64,000 nucleotides of DNA from Candidatus Bathyarchaeia archaeon (GTDB taxonomy: Archaea; Thermoproteota; Bathyarchaeia; 40CM-2-53-6). The translations under genes and the position numbers were made by a program. Below, one piece after another: positions 1-8,873 of the stretch. The DNA is taken from positions 256,001 through 320,000 of the forward strand of contig JBEKVV010000003.1 in the NCBI GenBank assembly GCA_049513715.1, read 5' to 3'. The stretch's first letter is position 1, and each line of letters opens with the position of its first letter. The notes beneath the pieces were generated by a model. It was not told where the DNA came from and did no database searches. It worked only from the letters and a program-made list of their open reading frames with translations.

Positions 1-488
1 TTCGCGAAAATCTCTCCTTGATCGTCAATCACAAGTTTGATTTTCGGCAGCTGCCTTGGCGGCGGCCCGCCGAGGACCTTTGCCGTGTTCGGGTCGAAGA
101 CACCTCCGTGACAAGGGCAGAATGTCTGGAGGGGATTGCTTTCCCATCCTGCAACGGCAACCTTGTCGAAGTGAACCTGGCAACCGAGGTGCGTGCAAAG
201 CGCATCGAACGCAACGAAGCCGCTTGCAAGGTGAATCAGTATCGCCGGCCTGTCTTTGTGGGGATACTCAAACAGGAGACTGTCGTTCAAGGCAACATCT
301 TTGGTGTTTGCCACCCTGGTCTTTGGATATACGACGGGCCCGCTTTGCCTGGGTACGAAAAGGAATTGACCCAAACTGGTCAGAGGAGTCAAAAGAGCTG
401 CGCCGGCGAACAAAACGGCCAGTTTCAAGGCGTCGCGGCGTGTAACCCTCGGAAAGAGGTAATTCTCGTTTGGATGCTCTTCTGTCAA
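1..488 (-). CDS. Rieske [2Fe-2S] protein with TAT signal, truncated by window edge
   Basis: Manual translation (not in ORF track): MTEEHPNENYLFPRVTRRDALKLAVLFAGA..., Rieske boxes CTHLGC and CPCHGG. Confidence 0.92.
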   Translation of the reverse strand, partial: MTEEHPNENYLFPRVTRRDALKLAVLFAGAALLTPLTSLGQFLFVPRQSGPVVYPKTRVANTKDVALNDSLLFEYPHKDRPAILIHLASGFVAFDALCTHLGCQVHFDKVAVAGWESNPLQTFCPCHGGVFDPNTAKVLGGPPPRQLPKIKLVIDDQGEIFA

Positions 489-635
489 CACAATTTCCAA
501 TCGGTAAGTACATCAGATGCGGTTTATTTATGCCGGAAAGAAAGAAAATACTACTATGTACCGTTAGGACCGAAACCCAACATAAATTCAGCAACTTCGA
601 AGTCAGGTTTCGCCTTTCGGGAGAGGATTTGCTGG

Positions 636-1568
636 TTAGGATCGCTTGTAAGGTTGCCCAGTGAACGCGAAGGTCTTGAACAATTCATACACCTTGTCGG
701 GAATGCCTTCAACAACGTTGAGCCCCAAGGCTCTAGCAACATCTAACGTGATTGGGGTTGCGTGGGACATGTAGCCCTTTGCTAGAAAGTCCGCAACTCG
801 CTCCGCTTGTTCCTTGTCCATCTTGCCGTCGAGGAGCCACGTAACGAACGCTTTGGCGTTTTCAATCTCCAAGTTCGCGGCATCAGACAAGATGATCATT
901 CTGTCGGTGATATTCTGGATTGGTTTGGTTTTCACAAGGGTCGACAATGAGCCTGCAGGCCACATCCCGTCAGGCGTGGGAATTTGTGGGTCTACCGGGC
1001 CCAATACACTATATTTCTCCATCCGAATCTCGTTAGCTGCAAGGCTCATCAATGAACCGCCAGACATTGCGTAGAAGGGAACCATGACCGTAACCTTTGC
1101 CGGATGGAACTTGATTGCCATCGCCATCATCTGCGCGGCCGAAGCGTAACCGCCAGGAGTATGAAGAATCAAGTCAATGGGTTTGCTCGGAGGGGTTTTT
1201 CGGAATGCTTGAAGAACGGCCTCGATGTCCTCGATGCCGATCTCCGGCTCTTCGCCTTCTTCGGTCCAGAGTTCCTTCTTATGTATCATTGTGATGACTT
1301 TCGTTCCGCGCTCCTCTCCAAGCTCTTCAAGTATTCTCCGCCGCCAAGCAAGAATTCCTGCTTTCGTAGTGGGACGTTGCGGAGCCGCGGGTTGAGCGGC
1401 TTGCGGTTCTTCTTCTTCCTTGGTTTTCTCTTCCTCTTCTTTTCCGGTTTCCCCCTCTAGTTCGACGGTTTGAGGTTTCCGCGGCCGAATTAGGTAAAGG
1501 AGTGCCATTGAGTTCAGCGCAGAGACGATGAGCACTCCCATTCCCAACGTTAGTTCAAATATGTCCAA
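636..1568 (-). CDS. Membrane-anchored SDH-family (ClpP-class, S49-like) serine protease
   Basis: N-terminal TM helix; LHTPGG, AMSGG (Ser), GPVDPQ (Asp), MSHATP (His). Confidence 0.88.
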   Translation of the reverse strand: MDIFELTLGMGVLIVSALNSMALLYLIRPRKPQTVELEGETGKEEEEKTKEEEEPQAAQPAAPQRPTTKAGILAWRRRILEELGEERGTKVITMIHKKELWTEEGEEPEIGIEDIEAVLQAFRKTPPSKPIDLILHTPGGYASAAQMMAMAIKFHPAKVTVMVPFYAMSGGSLMSLAANEIRMEKYSVLGPVDPQIPTPDGMWPAGSLSTLVKTKPIQNITDRMIILSDAANLEIENAKAFVTWLLDGKMDKEQAERVADFLAKGYMSHATPITLDVARALGLNVVEGIPDKVYELFKTFAFTGQPYKRS

Positions 1569-1580
1569 CCAAGCCCAACC

Positions 1581-2510
1581 TCAATCATTGTATTTCTTTC
1601 CCGGCCCTGGAGTCCCGCTGAACTCGATCGTTTCGAAGAGTTGGTAAACCTTCTCTGGAACGCCTTCAGTTACCTTGAGGCCAATGGCGCGGGCGACATC
1701 GAGCGTGATGGGGGTCGTGGATGCCATAACCCCGCCCACAAGGAAATTCGCGACCTGCGACGCCTGATCCTCACTCATCTTGTCCTCAAGAAGCCATTTC
1801 ACAAATCCTCTTGCGTTCTCAGTTTCCATTCGTGCCGTTTCGGCAAGTAGGACAGTTCGGTCGGCTATCGTTTCAATGGGTTTACGTTTCAATACTGCCA
1901 TGATCCAGTTCGCAGGCATATCATCGACGAGTGGCTCGACGGGCGCCAGAAGGCTATACTTTTCCATCATCACCTCGTCCCCTGCCAGAACTATGTATGT
2001 CCCGTCCGAAAACGCATAGAAAGGAACCATAACCGTAACATTTCCTTTGTGGTGCTTTAGGGCCATGGCTATCATGTCCGCAGCGAAAGTCGAACCGCCC
2101 TCGGTGTGAACAATGAAGTCTATGGGGGTGTCAGGTGGCGTTTCCCGCAATCGAAGCAAAATTTCCTCGGAATTTTCGAGAGTGATCTCTTGTTCGTCGT
2201 CGCCTTTGTTCCAAGGCTCTTTTCTATGAATTAGCGTGATGACTCTCGTACCGCGTTCCTGTTCAAGCTCGCGAATCAACTGAGCCCTACGAGCTAGAAT
2301 CTGTTCCTTGGTGGGCTCGTCGGCCGGTTCCTCTGTTTCTCCGTCGTCACTCTCTTCTTCCTCATCCCCTTCATCTTCCTCCTTCACGACGGCCTGCTGG
2401 CCTGAGGCTGAAGGCAGACGCCTTAGGAACAACAGGCTGGTTAACATGTTGAGGAGAACTACGACAACTATTGCTACTGCGAGCAGTATGTCGAGTTCTT
2501 CCACTACCAT
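1581..2510 (-). CDS. SDH-family protease paralog, probably catalytically inactive
   Basis: Colinear with 636..1568 but HTEGG, AFSDG, APVEPL, MASTTP. Confidence 0.85.
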   Translation of the reverse strand: MVVEELDILLAVAIVVVVLLNMLTSLLFLRRLPSASGQQAVVKEEDEGDEEEESDDGETEEPADEPTKEQILARRAQLIRELEQERGTRVITLIHRKEPWNKGDDEQEITLENSEEILLRLRETPPDTPIDFIVHTEGGSTFAADMIAMALKHHKGNVTVMVPFYAFSDGTYIVLAGDEVMMEKYSLLAPVEPLVDDMPANWIMAVLKRKPIETIADRTVLLAETARMETENARGFVKWLLEDKMSEDQASQVANFLVGGVMASTTPITLDVARAIGLKVTEGVPEKVYQLFETIEFSGTPGPGKKYND

Positions 2511-2633
2511 TCACCATTCCGAAGGGGCGAGTGTGCAAAATCCCCGAGGATTGTGTGTGGATTGCGTTGCCGTCCTCTAAAAGACTTGGCCTAGTGGCCA
2601 ACGCGGTGATGGTTCTCCGTCGCAGATGATGGA

Positions 2634-3998
2634 TTAATTGACGATTCTTGGTACCTCGATGCTTGTTGGCTCGTAGTCTTCCAACTTGCCATGTAGGAAT
2701 GCGTCGTATGCTTGGAGGTCTAGGAGACCGTGGCCGCAATTGTTGAAGGCGATAACCTTCTTTTCGCCAGTCTTCTTACAGCGAATAGCCTCATCGATTA
2801 CAAACTTGACATTGTGTGCAGTTTCCGGCGCTGTTATCATACCCTCTGTCCGAGCCAGTATTCGCGCGGCTTCGAAAACCTCGTTTTGTGAGTAAGCGAC
2901 TGAGGTTACGTATCCTTTGTTGATGAGGTAACACAAGGACGGAGCTTTGCCATGGTACCTGAGGCCACCTGCATGAATGGGCGGTGCCTGGTACTTGTGC
3001 CCGATTGTATACATTTTCAAGAGCGGAGTCATCTCCGCGGTGTCAGCGAAATCATAGGTGTAGGCTCCGCGGGTTGTTGATGGAACCGCCTTTGATTCAC
3101 AGGCGACGAATTTTGCCTCTGATTTTCCTTTCAGCTTATCGGCCATGAAGGGGTAGGCGAACCCTGCAAAGTTTGATCCTCCTCCAATGCAACCGGATAT
3201 GACATCTGGTTGGATGTCGATCATTTCGAATTGCTTCTTCGCCTCTTGGCCGATGATAGTTTGGTGGAGCAGAACATGATTCAAAACGGACCCCAAGCAA
3301 TACTTCGTGTGATCGTGGGTTAGACAGTCCTCAAGCGCCTCACTAATTGCGATGCCAAGCGACCCGTAGTTGTTGGGGTCAGCTTCCAGCAGACTTCGAC
3401 CGAACTTTGTATTCTTGCTTGGTGAGGCAACCACGTCGGCCCCGTGAGTCTCAATCATAATTCGGCGCCCAGGTTTCTGGTCGTAACTTGCTCGAACCAT
3501 GTACACACTGCACTTAAGTCCGAATAGGCCCGCGGCCATTGCCAAGGCTGTTCCCCATTGCCCAGCACCAGTCTCAGTCACGACCCGTTCGTTGCCTTCA
3601 GCCATGTTGTAGTAGGCCTGAGCTATGGCGGTGTTTGGTTTGTGACTGCCAGTTGGGTTGACGTATTCGCACTTATAGTAAATCTGCGCAGGCGTGTTCA
3701 GATACTTCTCCAGCCTCTTCGCTCTGAGGAGTGGGGTGGGTCGCGGTAAACTCAGGTATGCGTCGTAGACTTCGTCGGGTATTTTGATGAAACGTTCTGT
3801 TGAAACTTCTTGCATGATCAGCTCTTTCGCGAAGAGCCTCAGGAGTGGCTCGGGAGACATTGGTTTGAGCGTCTTAGGGTCCAGGGGAGGGGGAAGAGGT
3901 TCCGGAAAGTCTGCGAGAATATTGTACCAGTGAGTTGGAGTTTCGTCTTGGGGAAGAAACACAGCGTGGTCTCTGTCAACGGTGGCGGTTTTGAGCAT
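2634..3998 (-). CDS. trpB2: Tryptophan synthase beta chain type 2 (TrpB2)
   Basis: GSHKPNTA PLP-Lys, ETGAGQWG, GGGSNF, HAGGLRYHG. Confidence 0.95.
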   Translation of the reverse strand: MLKTATVDRDHAVFLPQDETPTHWYNILADFPEPLPPPLDPKTLKPMSPEPLLRLFAKELIMQEVSTERFIKIPDEVYDAYLSLPRPTPLLRAKRLEKYLNTPAQIYYKCEYVNPTGSHKPNTAIAQAYYNMAEGNERVVTETGAGQWGTALAMAAGLFGLKCSVYMVRASYDQKPGRRIMIETHGADVVASPSKNTKFGRSLLEADPNNYGSLGIAISEALEDCLTHDHTKYCLGSVLNHVLLHQTIIGQEAKKQFEMIDIQPDVISGCIGGGSNFAGFAYPFMADKLKGKSEAKFVACESKAVPSTTRGAYTYDFADTAEMTPLLKMYTIGHKYQAPPIHAGGLRYHGKAPSLCYLINKGYVTSVAYSQNEVFEAARILARTEGMITAPETAHNVKFVIDEAIRCKKTGEKKVIAFNNCGHGLLDLQAYDAFLHGKLEDYEPTSIEVPRIVN

Positions 3999-4060
3999 GA
4001 GTCAGCATTCCTGCAGATTAACGCTAGACGGGAACATCACCGCAGCATTTAAGACTTTGT

Positions 4061-4076
4061 TGCACATTTCTGTACG
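4061..4076. promoter_or_regulatory. Putative paired TRP boxes (TGCACA-N4-TGTACG) in divergent trpB2/trpY promoter
   Basis: Two 5/6 matches to TGTACA next to AT-rich TATA-like TTTAAG (4048-4053). Confidence 0.55.
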
Positions 4077-4096
4077 TCAACGGTCGATGGTCAACC

Positions 4097-4600
4097 ATGT
4101 GGCGCCAGATCTCAGAACGTCTCGAAGATTATCCCGGCCGACAGAAAGTGGCCAAAGCACTCGTGGAGCTTGGGCTCAGCATCAAAGAAGGCCCCAAAAT
4201 ATACTGCGGCGGAATCGAACTTTCAGACGTGAAAATTGCGCGTCACCTCGGAGTCGACCGACGAACGGTAAGAGACACTGCACAACTCATCTCATCAGAC
4301 CCACTCTTGAAGTCAGTCTTCGAAAGAACTCGCCCAGCCGGCCCATTCCTCGCGGACGTAGCGAAATTTCTCGGGTACAGCGTAATCGAGATCTACGCAG
4401 ACTCACACTCAGTCGGAATCGTTGCGCAAGCCGCATCGCTAATTGCGCAAGAGAATATTGCAATAAGGCAGGCTATTGCAGACGACCCTGACCTTACGCC
4501 GGAGCCGAAACTTACGTTGGTTGTGGAGAAGGAACCGACAGGCGCTATTTTGCAGAAGATGCTTAAGATTCCGGGCGTGGTTAAGATTTCAACTTACTAA
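4097..4600 (+). CDS. trpY: TrpY-like regulator (HTH + ACT, COG2150)
   Basis: IARHLGVDRRTV HTH, C-terminal ACT (GIVAQAASLIAQENIAIRQ); divergent from trpB2. Confidence 0.75.
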   Translation: MWRQISERLEDYPGRQKVAKALVELGLSIKEGPKIYCGGIELSDVKIARHLGVDRRTVRDTAQLISSDPLLKSVFERTRPAGPFLADVAKFLGYSVIEIYADSHSVGIVAQAASLIAQENIAIRQAIADDPDLTPEPKLTLVVEKEPTGAILQKMLKIPGVVKISTY

Positions 4601-4729
4601 GCCGGCCGAAGTCTGCTAGACGCTCAAAACATCGCAGTGTACAATCTCACTGATCGGTTTTAGCTTCCTGCGCTTTGTCTTAGGTTCGAATAGGAAAACA
4701 AAAGGCATCACACTCACCAGTTCCATTCT

Positions 4730-5014
4730 TTGGGCGCCCCGACCAGACCCTTTACCCGCATCGGCACCGTGATCATCGCAAAGGATAGGAGACCCGTTGA
4801 CATTCTGAGTGAGAGTGATTTTATCAAGCTGAGCGCGCGAGGATGCGATGTGAAGGAAGCGTCGACCAAGGAGTTCATGAACAGGAAGGTTGTCACATGC
4901 GGCCCTTCTGTCACAGTGATAGATGTTTTGATTATGCGAACTGAAAGAATCTTCCACCCTCCAGTAGTCAAAAGCAGCAAGTTAGTTGGCGTTGAAGCAC
5001 AGTCAGCTGGCTAG
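4730..5014 (+). pseudogene. Degenerate CBS-domain gene fragment
   Basis: PVDILSESDF...KEFMNRKVVTCGPSVTV...PPVVKSSKLVGV resembles a CBS pair; no intact N-terminus. Confidence 0.55.
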
Positions 5015-5022
5015 TTGCAGCA

Positions 5023-5475
5023 TCATTGCGGCTTGTTCGAGTTCTTCTCGATAATTGCCCAGAGGCCTTCTTCCAATGTTCCGCCGAATTGGGGTTTCTC
5101 GACGAATCTCCCAATCTCACGCCAGTTGCGGTCATGGACTATGATGGTTGGAATTCTCAGCACGTTCATTTCGTCGGCAATATCGCGGTTATCGTCGAAA
5201 TCGATGACTTTGATGTTTAAGGCAGCGTTGTTAGCGGCCGCGAAGACCTTCACGAGATTTGGCAGCTGAGCCCGGCACTCGGCGTTCCATTCTGTCGCGA
5301 AGACAACCAAGAAGTATCGATCGGTTAGGCTTGAGAACTTGTCGATAACGTCCAGTTTCGGCTGGTATTCTTGCACTCGCTTCTTGATGGTTGATTTTAC
5401 TGAGGAATTCTTGATGTTGTTGACGTAGTCCCACAGGTTGGGGTAGGGCCCTATTACGTTCCGGAGAAGTGACAA
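5023..5475 (-). CDS. Thioredoxin-like protein with atypical WNAEC site
   Basis: FATEWNAECRAQLP, RIPTIIV..REIGRFVEKP. Confidence 0.8.
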   Translation of the reverse strand: MSLLRNVIGPYPNLWDYVNNIKNSSVKSTIKKRVQEYQPKLDVIDKFSSLTDRYFLVVFATEWNAECRAQLPNLVKVFAAANNAALNIKVIDFDDNRDIADEMNVLRIPTIIVHDRNWREIGRFVEKPQFGGTLEEGLWAIIEKNSNKPQ

Positions 5476-5622
5476 AATGACGACCTACAAAGCATGTATC
5501 ATTGTGCCGCTTCAGCGGAAGAAATTAGGCAGCATCATAGAGGCTGCATGTACTCCCTGTGCATTCGTGTTTTCAGCCTTTTAGTTCTATGGGAGCAGAT
5601 ATTTGAGGTTTGGCGCTCCACT

Positions 5623-7599
5623 CTAGAGTTTGGGGACGACTATGATTTTCTTGGCATCAAAGCCTAATTTGCCTTGGGTGCTCTGCCCAGCGGTGCCATA
5701 TACCTCAATTTCTTTGCCTATCAGGTCTGCGAGTTCTTCCTTCCTAATGCTAACACTTGTTCCCCCTTCATTCAGCATTCGTTCAACAATCTGCTTGGGG
5801 TCTGTGGAGGCGAGGCCGGTTGGGTCTTGGTTGGTGAGAATCACTTCGGCAACTCCTGTGCCGTCGTCAATCTTCAGACGCCCGGACAGGACTATTTTGC
5901 CCGCTTTCTTGCCGTTGCAGCGGTCACACATCAAGCTGTTTTCAGTGACTTTGAGGTCGCCGTTACAAGTTTCGCAGAGGGCTGTGAGGCTCACCCCTCC
6001 AACGGTGTCCAGCACCATGCCCTTTACCCATGTAGTCAGTCCTGATTCGAGGGCAATCACGTGTCGTATGTCTTCCCATGCTGGCCTGCCGGTCGCTGAT
6101 TGGTCGAGTGTATTGATTTTGGTGAAGGGTAATGTGGTCAATTCCAGCTGGCCGGTGAAGCCCGGGCGAACGCTAACCCCGACGATTCTGAGCTTTGTTC
6201 CCGGTCGGAGCTTCGTTGCGCCTGTTGCCTGTTCCCTCCAAAGAGTGACTTTCACCGATCCCGTCTCGTCGCGCAAAGTGAAGGAGGCAACATCAACCGT
6301 TTCCCCTTTCTCTGTGACCACTTGCCGGATTAGTGGCTCATCGGAGACCGAACCTTCGACGGTCAAAAGGCCTTTCGCAGATTCCAATGCGTTCAGCTTT
6401 GTAATGATGAGCTGATAGGTTCTCTGCTCCGTGGATTTCTGAAGCTCTCCCGACCTACCGAGGCTCAATCTAAGTTCACCCAGACGTTCGCGAACAGTTA
6501 CGCCGCGAACTTGAACTGAATCACCCTCCGAAATCTGGTTGACCAATTCGGCTTGGTCGTCCCAGAGTGAGAGTGAAGCAATGCCGGTTTCATCGGCGAT
6601 GAGGATTGATGATACTTTCACGGATTCCCCTGTGGGCCGTTTGACTTCCCTAGGCGCGCTCTTGGCTAGGATTGAGACATTCAGGTCTGCCGTTGCGACC
6701 TCAGGGGTCAGTGTGGCAATTTTGTAGGTCCGGCGAATCGGAGGCTTGAGGTATTCGGGTGACGAGTCGAGGACTGTTGTCTGGGTTCGTTTTTCAGCAT
6801 ACAACTCCACTCTTCCATTCGAATCCTGCCGCGTCCGCGCATTCACGACCTGCAGAATCTCCCCCTTCTTTAGCTCCCGAAGTTCTTCAGCTCGTTCGTT
6901 CCAAGCAACAAGGGGTATGGAACCTGATTCGTCTGCAATGATTGCTCGAAGCACACTACCCGTTCTGTCCTCCTTTGTGAAAGAGTAATTTCTAGGGTCT
7001 AGTTGGACGATGCCAACCGCGTTTACTTGATTTGCGTCAACCGTGAGCTTCCCTATTGGTGTGAATAGCTCTTTGAATTCAGGGAAATCCGAAGTTGGTA
7101 GATCCTGGGGGTCAACGTCGATGCTGCTTCGGTCGCCGGCATGCACCTCCGCGTCTCCGGAAAGACCCTGCCTCGTGTAGGCGTGGCCTATCCTCACAAC
7201 TCTCCCCTGTAAGTTACCTTTTCTAGAGACGACGTCGACGTGCCTATCCCAAAGAGCACAGCTTGCCCTATTACTTCTATCAACCAAAACTAGCCGAAGA
7301 ACTCGGCCGGGCGTTCCATCACGCCTCTGAAACGTCTGCGGAGGCCAAGCCATAAGGACACGACCCGATACGGTGACATCATTCAGCCCACTCACGAGAT
7401 CTCTGAGTTGCATTCTTCCGAGCTCGGTTCCACGTGTTTGGATTAGCAGCTCCTCGGCGACTAGCCTCGCCGCTCCTTCGTCAGAGAGTAGACCGTGGCC
7501 TTCTTTCTTCTTTTCTTCAATTAGAGCCAAGACTCTGTCTTCAGAGAGGTCATGCCGTTTGGAGAGGATGTCCTCCACAATGGTTTGAACTGTGGACAA
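5623..7599 (-). CDS. rpa: Replication protein A, multi-OB-fold with Zn finger
   Basis: Repeated DESG/DETG-x-I/V-x-x-x-W OB motifs; CETC...CDRC. Confidence 0.9.
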   Translation of the reverse strand: MSTVQTIVEDILSKRHDLSEDRVLALIEEKKKEGHGLLSDEGAARLVAEELLIQTRGTELGRMQLRDLVSGLNDVTVSGRVLMAWPPQTFQRRDGTPGRVLRLVLVDRSNRASCALWDRHVDVVSRKGNLQGRVVRIGHAYTRQGLSGDAEVHAGDRSSIDVDPQDLPTSDFPEFKELFTPIGKLTVDANQVNAVGIVQLDPRNYSFTKEDRTGSVLRAIIADESGSIPLVAWNERAEELRELKKGEILQVVNARTRQDSNGRVELYAEKRTQTTVLDSSPEYLKPPIRRTYKIATLTPEVATADLNVSILAKSAPREVKRPTGESVKVSSILIADETGIASLSLWDDQAELVNQISEGDSVQVRGVTVRERLGELRLSLGRSGELQKSTEQRTYQLIITKLNALESAKGLLTVEGSVSDEPLIRQVVTEKGETVDVASFTLRDETGSVKVTLWREQATGATKLRPGTKLRIVGVSVRPGFTGQLELTTLPFTKINTLDQSATGRPAWEDIRHVIALESGLTTWVKGMVLDTVGGVSLTALCETCNGDLKVTENSLMCDRCNGKKAGKIVLSGRLKIDDGTGVAEVILTNQDPTGLASTDPKQIVERMLNEGGTSVSIRKEELADLIGKEIEVYGTAGQSTQGKLGFDAKKIIVVPKL

Positions 7600-7919
7600 G
7601 AATGGGCTGCCTCGTTCTGAAATTGCCCCTAGTTGATGTGCGGGAAACCTAAGTTTTGTTATTCGCCGGGTGCTGTTTTACACGATGATAGCATGAGACA
7701 TTGCTGTTCCTAGCACAGAACATTGATATACTCGCACCCATGCGTCGCGAATTAGCGCGGAGGACGAGCCGACAACGGGCAGTTTCCAAGACAATCGCAT
7801 GTCCTCGCCCTACCACCCTACTCACACCAACTACGCGGGGCTCAAACCAGTTCAGTCAAGACAAGAAACCAAGACGAAAACTATTCAAGCCCACAACCAG
7901 CACTCTACGTGAGCCAGAA

Positions 7920-8186
7920 TTGGAGCCCCAATACGAGAAGGTTGGCAGAATCACACATTTCTACTCGAAAGCAAGCGTTGCAATCATCGAGCTTTCCGCA
8001 CCGCTTAACAAAGGCGACAAGATCACAATTAGAGGCAGCACAACGAACATCGAACAGACCGTCGACTCAATGGAAACAGAACACGAACAGATACCCGCCG
8101 CCCAAGCAGGTCAAGCGGTTGGGATGAAGGTCGTCGGCCGTGTACGCGAAAACGACATCGTCTACAGAGTTAAGGCTACTGCGTAG
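7920..8186 (+). CDS. Small beta-barrel protein (EF-Tu domain 2-like / U32 peptidase C-terminal-like)
   Basis: VGRITHFYSKASVA...GD.I.IRG...EQTVDSM...RENDIVY; TTG start at 7920. Confidence 0.75.
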   Translation: MEPQYEKVGRITHFYSKASVAIIELSAPLNKGDKITIRGSTTNIEQTVDSMETEHEQIPAAQAGQAVGMKVVGRVRENDIVYRVKATA

Positions 8187-8257
8187 ACAGATGGTTCCAC
8201 CATTTCCCGCAAGCTTAGAATAGCCGTGGCCTGTAGCCCTCGGAAGAGCGACGTGAA

Positions 8258-8569
8258 ATGGCAGAGGTAACAATCGAAGGAACCGTACTCGTGGTAACGC
8301 CTATACAGACAGGTGGGCAAGGACGACCCATGGTGCAAATGACTTTGGGAGATCCGTTCAAAGGGCCAGTCACATTCCCGCTCGACATGGACAAGGAGAT
8401 TGCGGGAGTCACAATAGCCGTTCAGCGGGCCATCAGTCAACTGCCCGGCCTCGGACAGCAGCTCGGCACACCAAGACTGATCGTTACATTGACTGAAGAA
8501 GAATACCAAGACTTGGGGCGCCCCAGGTACCCAGACCACGTAACCATAACCTTGAAGGTACAAGTCTAA
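8258..8569 (+). CDS. Arcadin-1-like protein
   Basis: Size and motif PRLIVTLTEEEYQDLG resemble Pyrobaculum arcadin-1 (recalled PRITLWLTEEE). Confidence 0.7.
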   Translation: MAEVTIEGTVLVVTPIQTGGQGRPMVQMTLGDPFKGPVTFPLDMDKEIAGVTIAVQRAISQLPGLGQQLGTPRLIVTLTEEEYQDLGRPRYPDHVTITLKVQV

Positions 8570-8873
8570 GCCTAGGCATCACTGGGTTCATGAAATAGGC
8601 CCCCGCTCGTTGACGCCCGTTTCTCCATAACATGGCTTTTCGCAATTGAATGAGACCATACGGCTTAGATCGGTTCCTAGGTTGATTCTCGAATCTTCAA
8701 TGCGGGCCGGAAATAGTAAAATAGTATCTTTGCGCACAGATTAACTCTCCTTTGCGATTCCGACAGTGGAATACAACAACGACCTTGGATATGTTGGCAT
8801 CTCGTCCCCCGTGTAGGAGTGAAAATCCATCCCGACTCTTTGGAGCCAGCGTTTTGCTCATCGGACTCAGCGA

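Noticed and set aside
18..746. 242-aa plus-strand ORF
   Set aside because: Antisense shadow of the Rieske gene and protease 3' end
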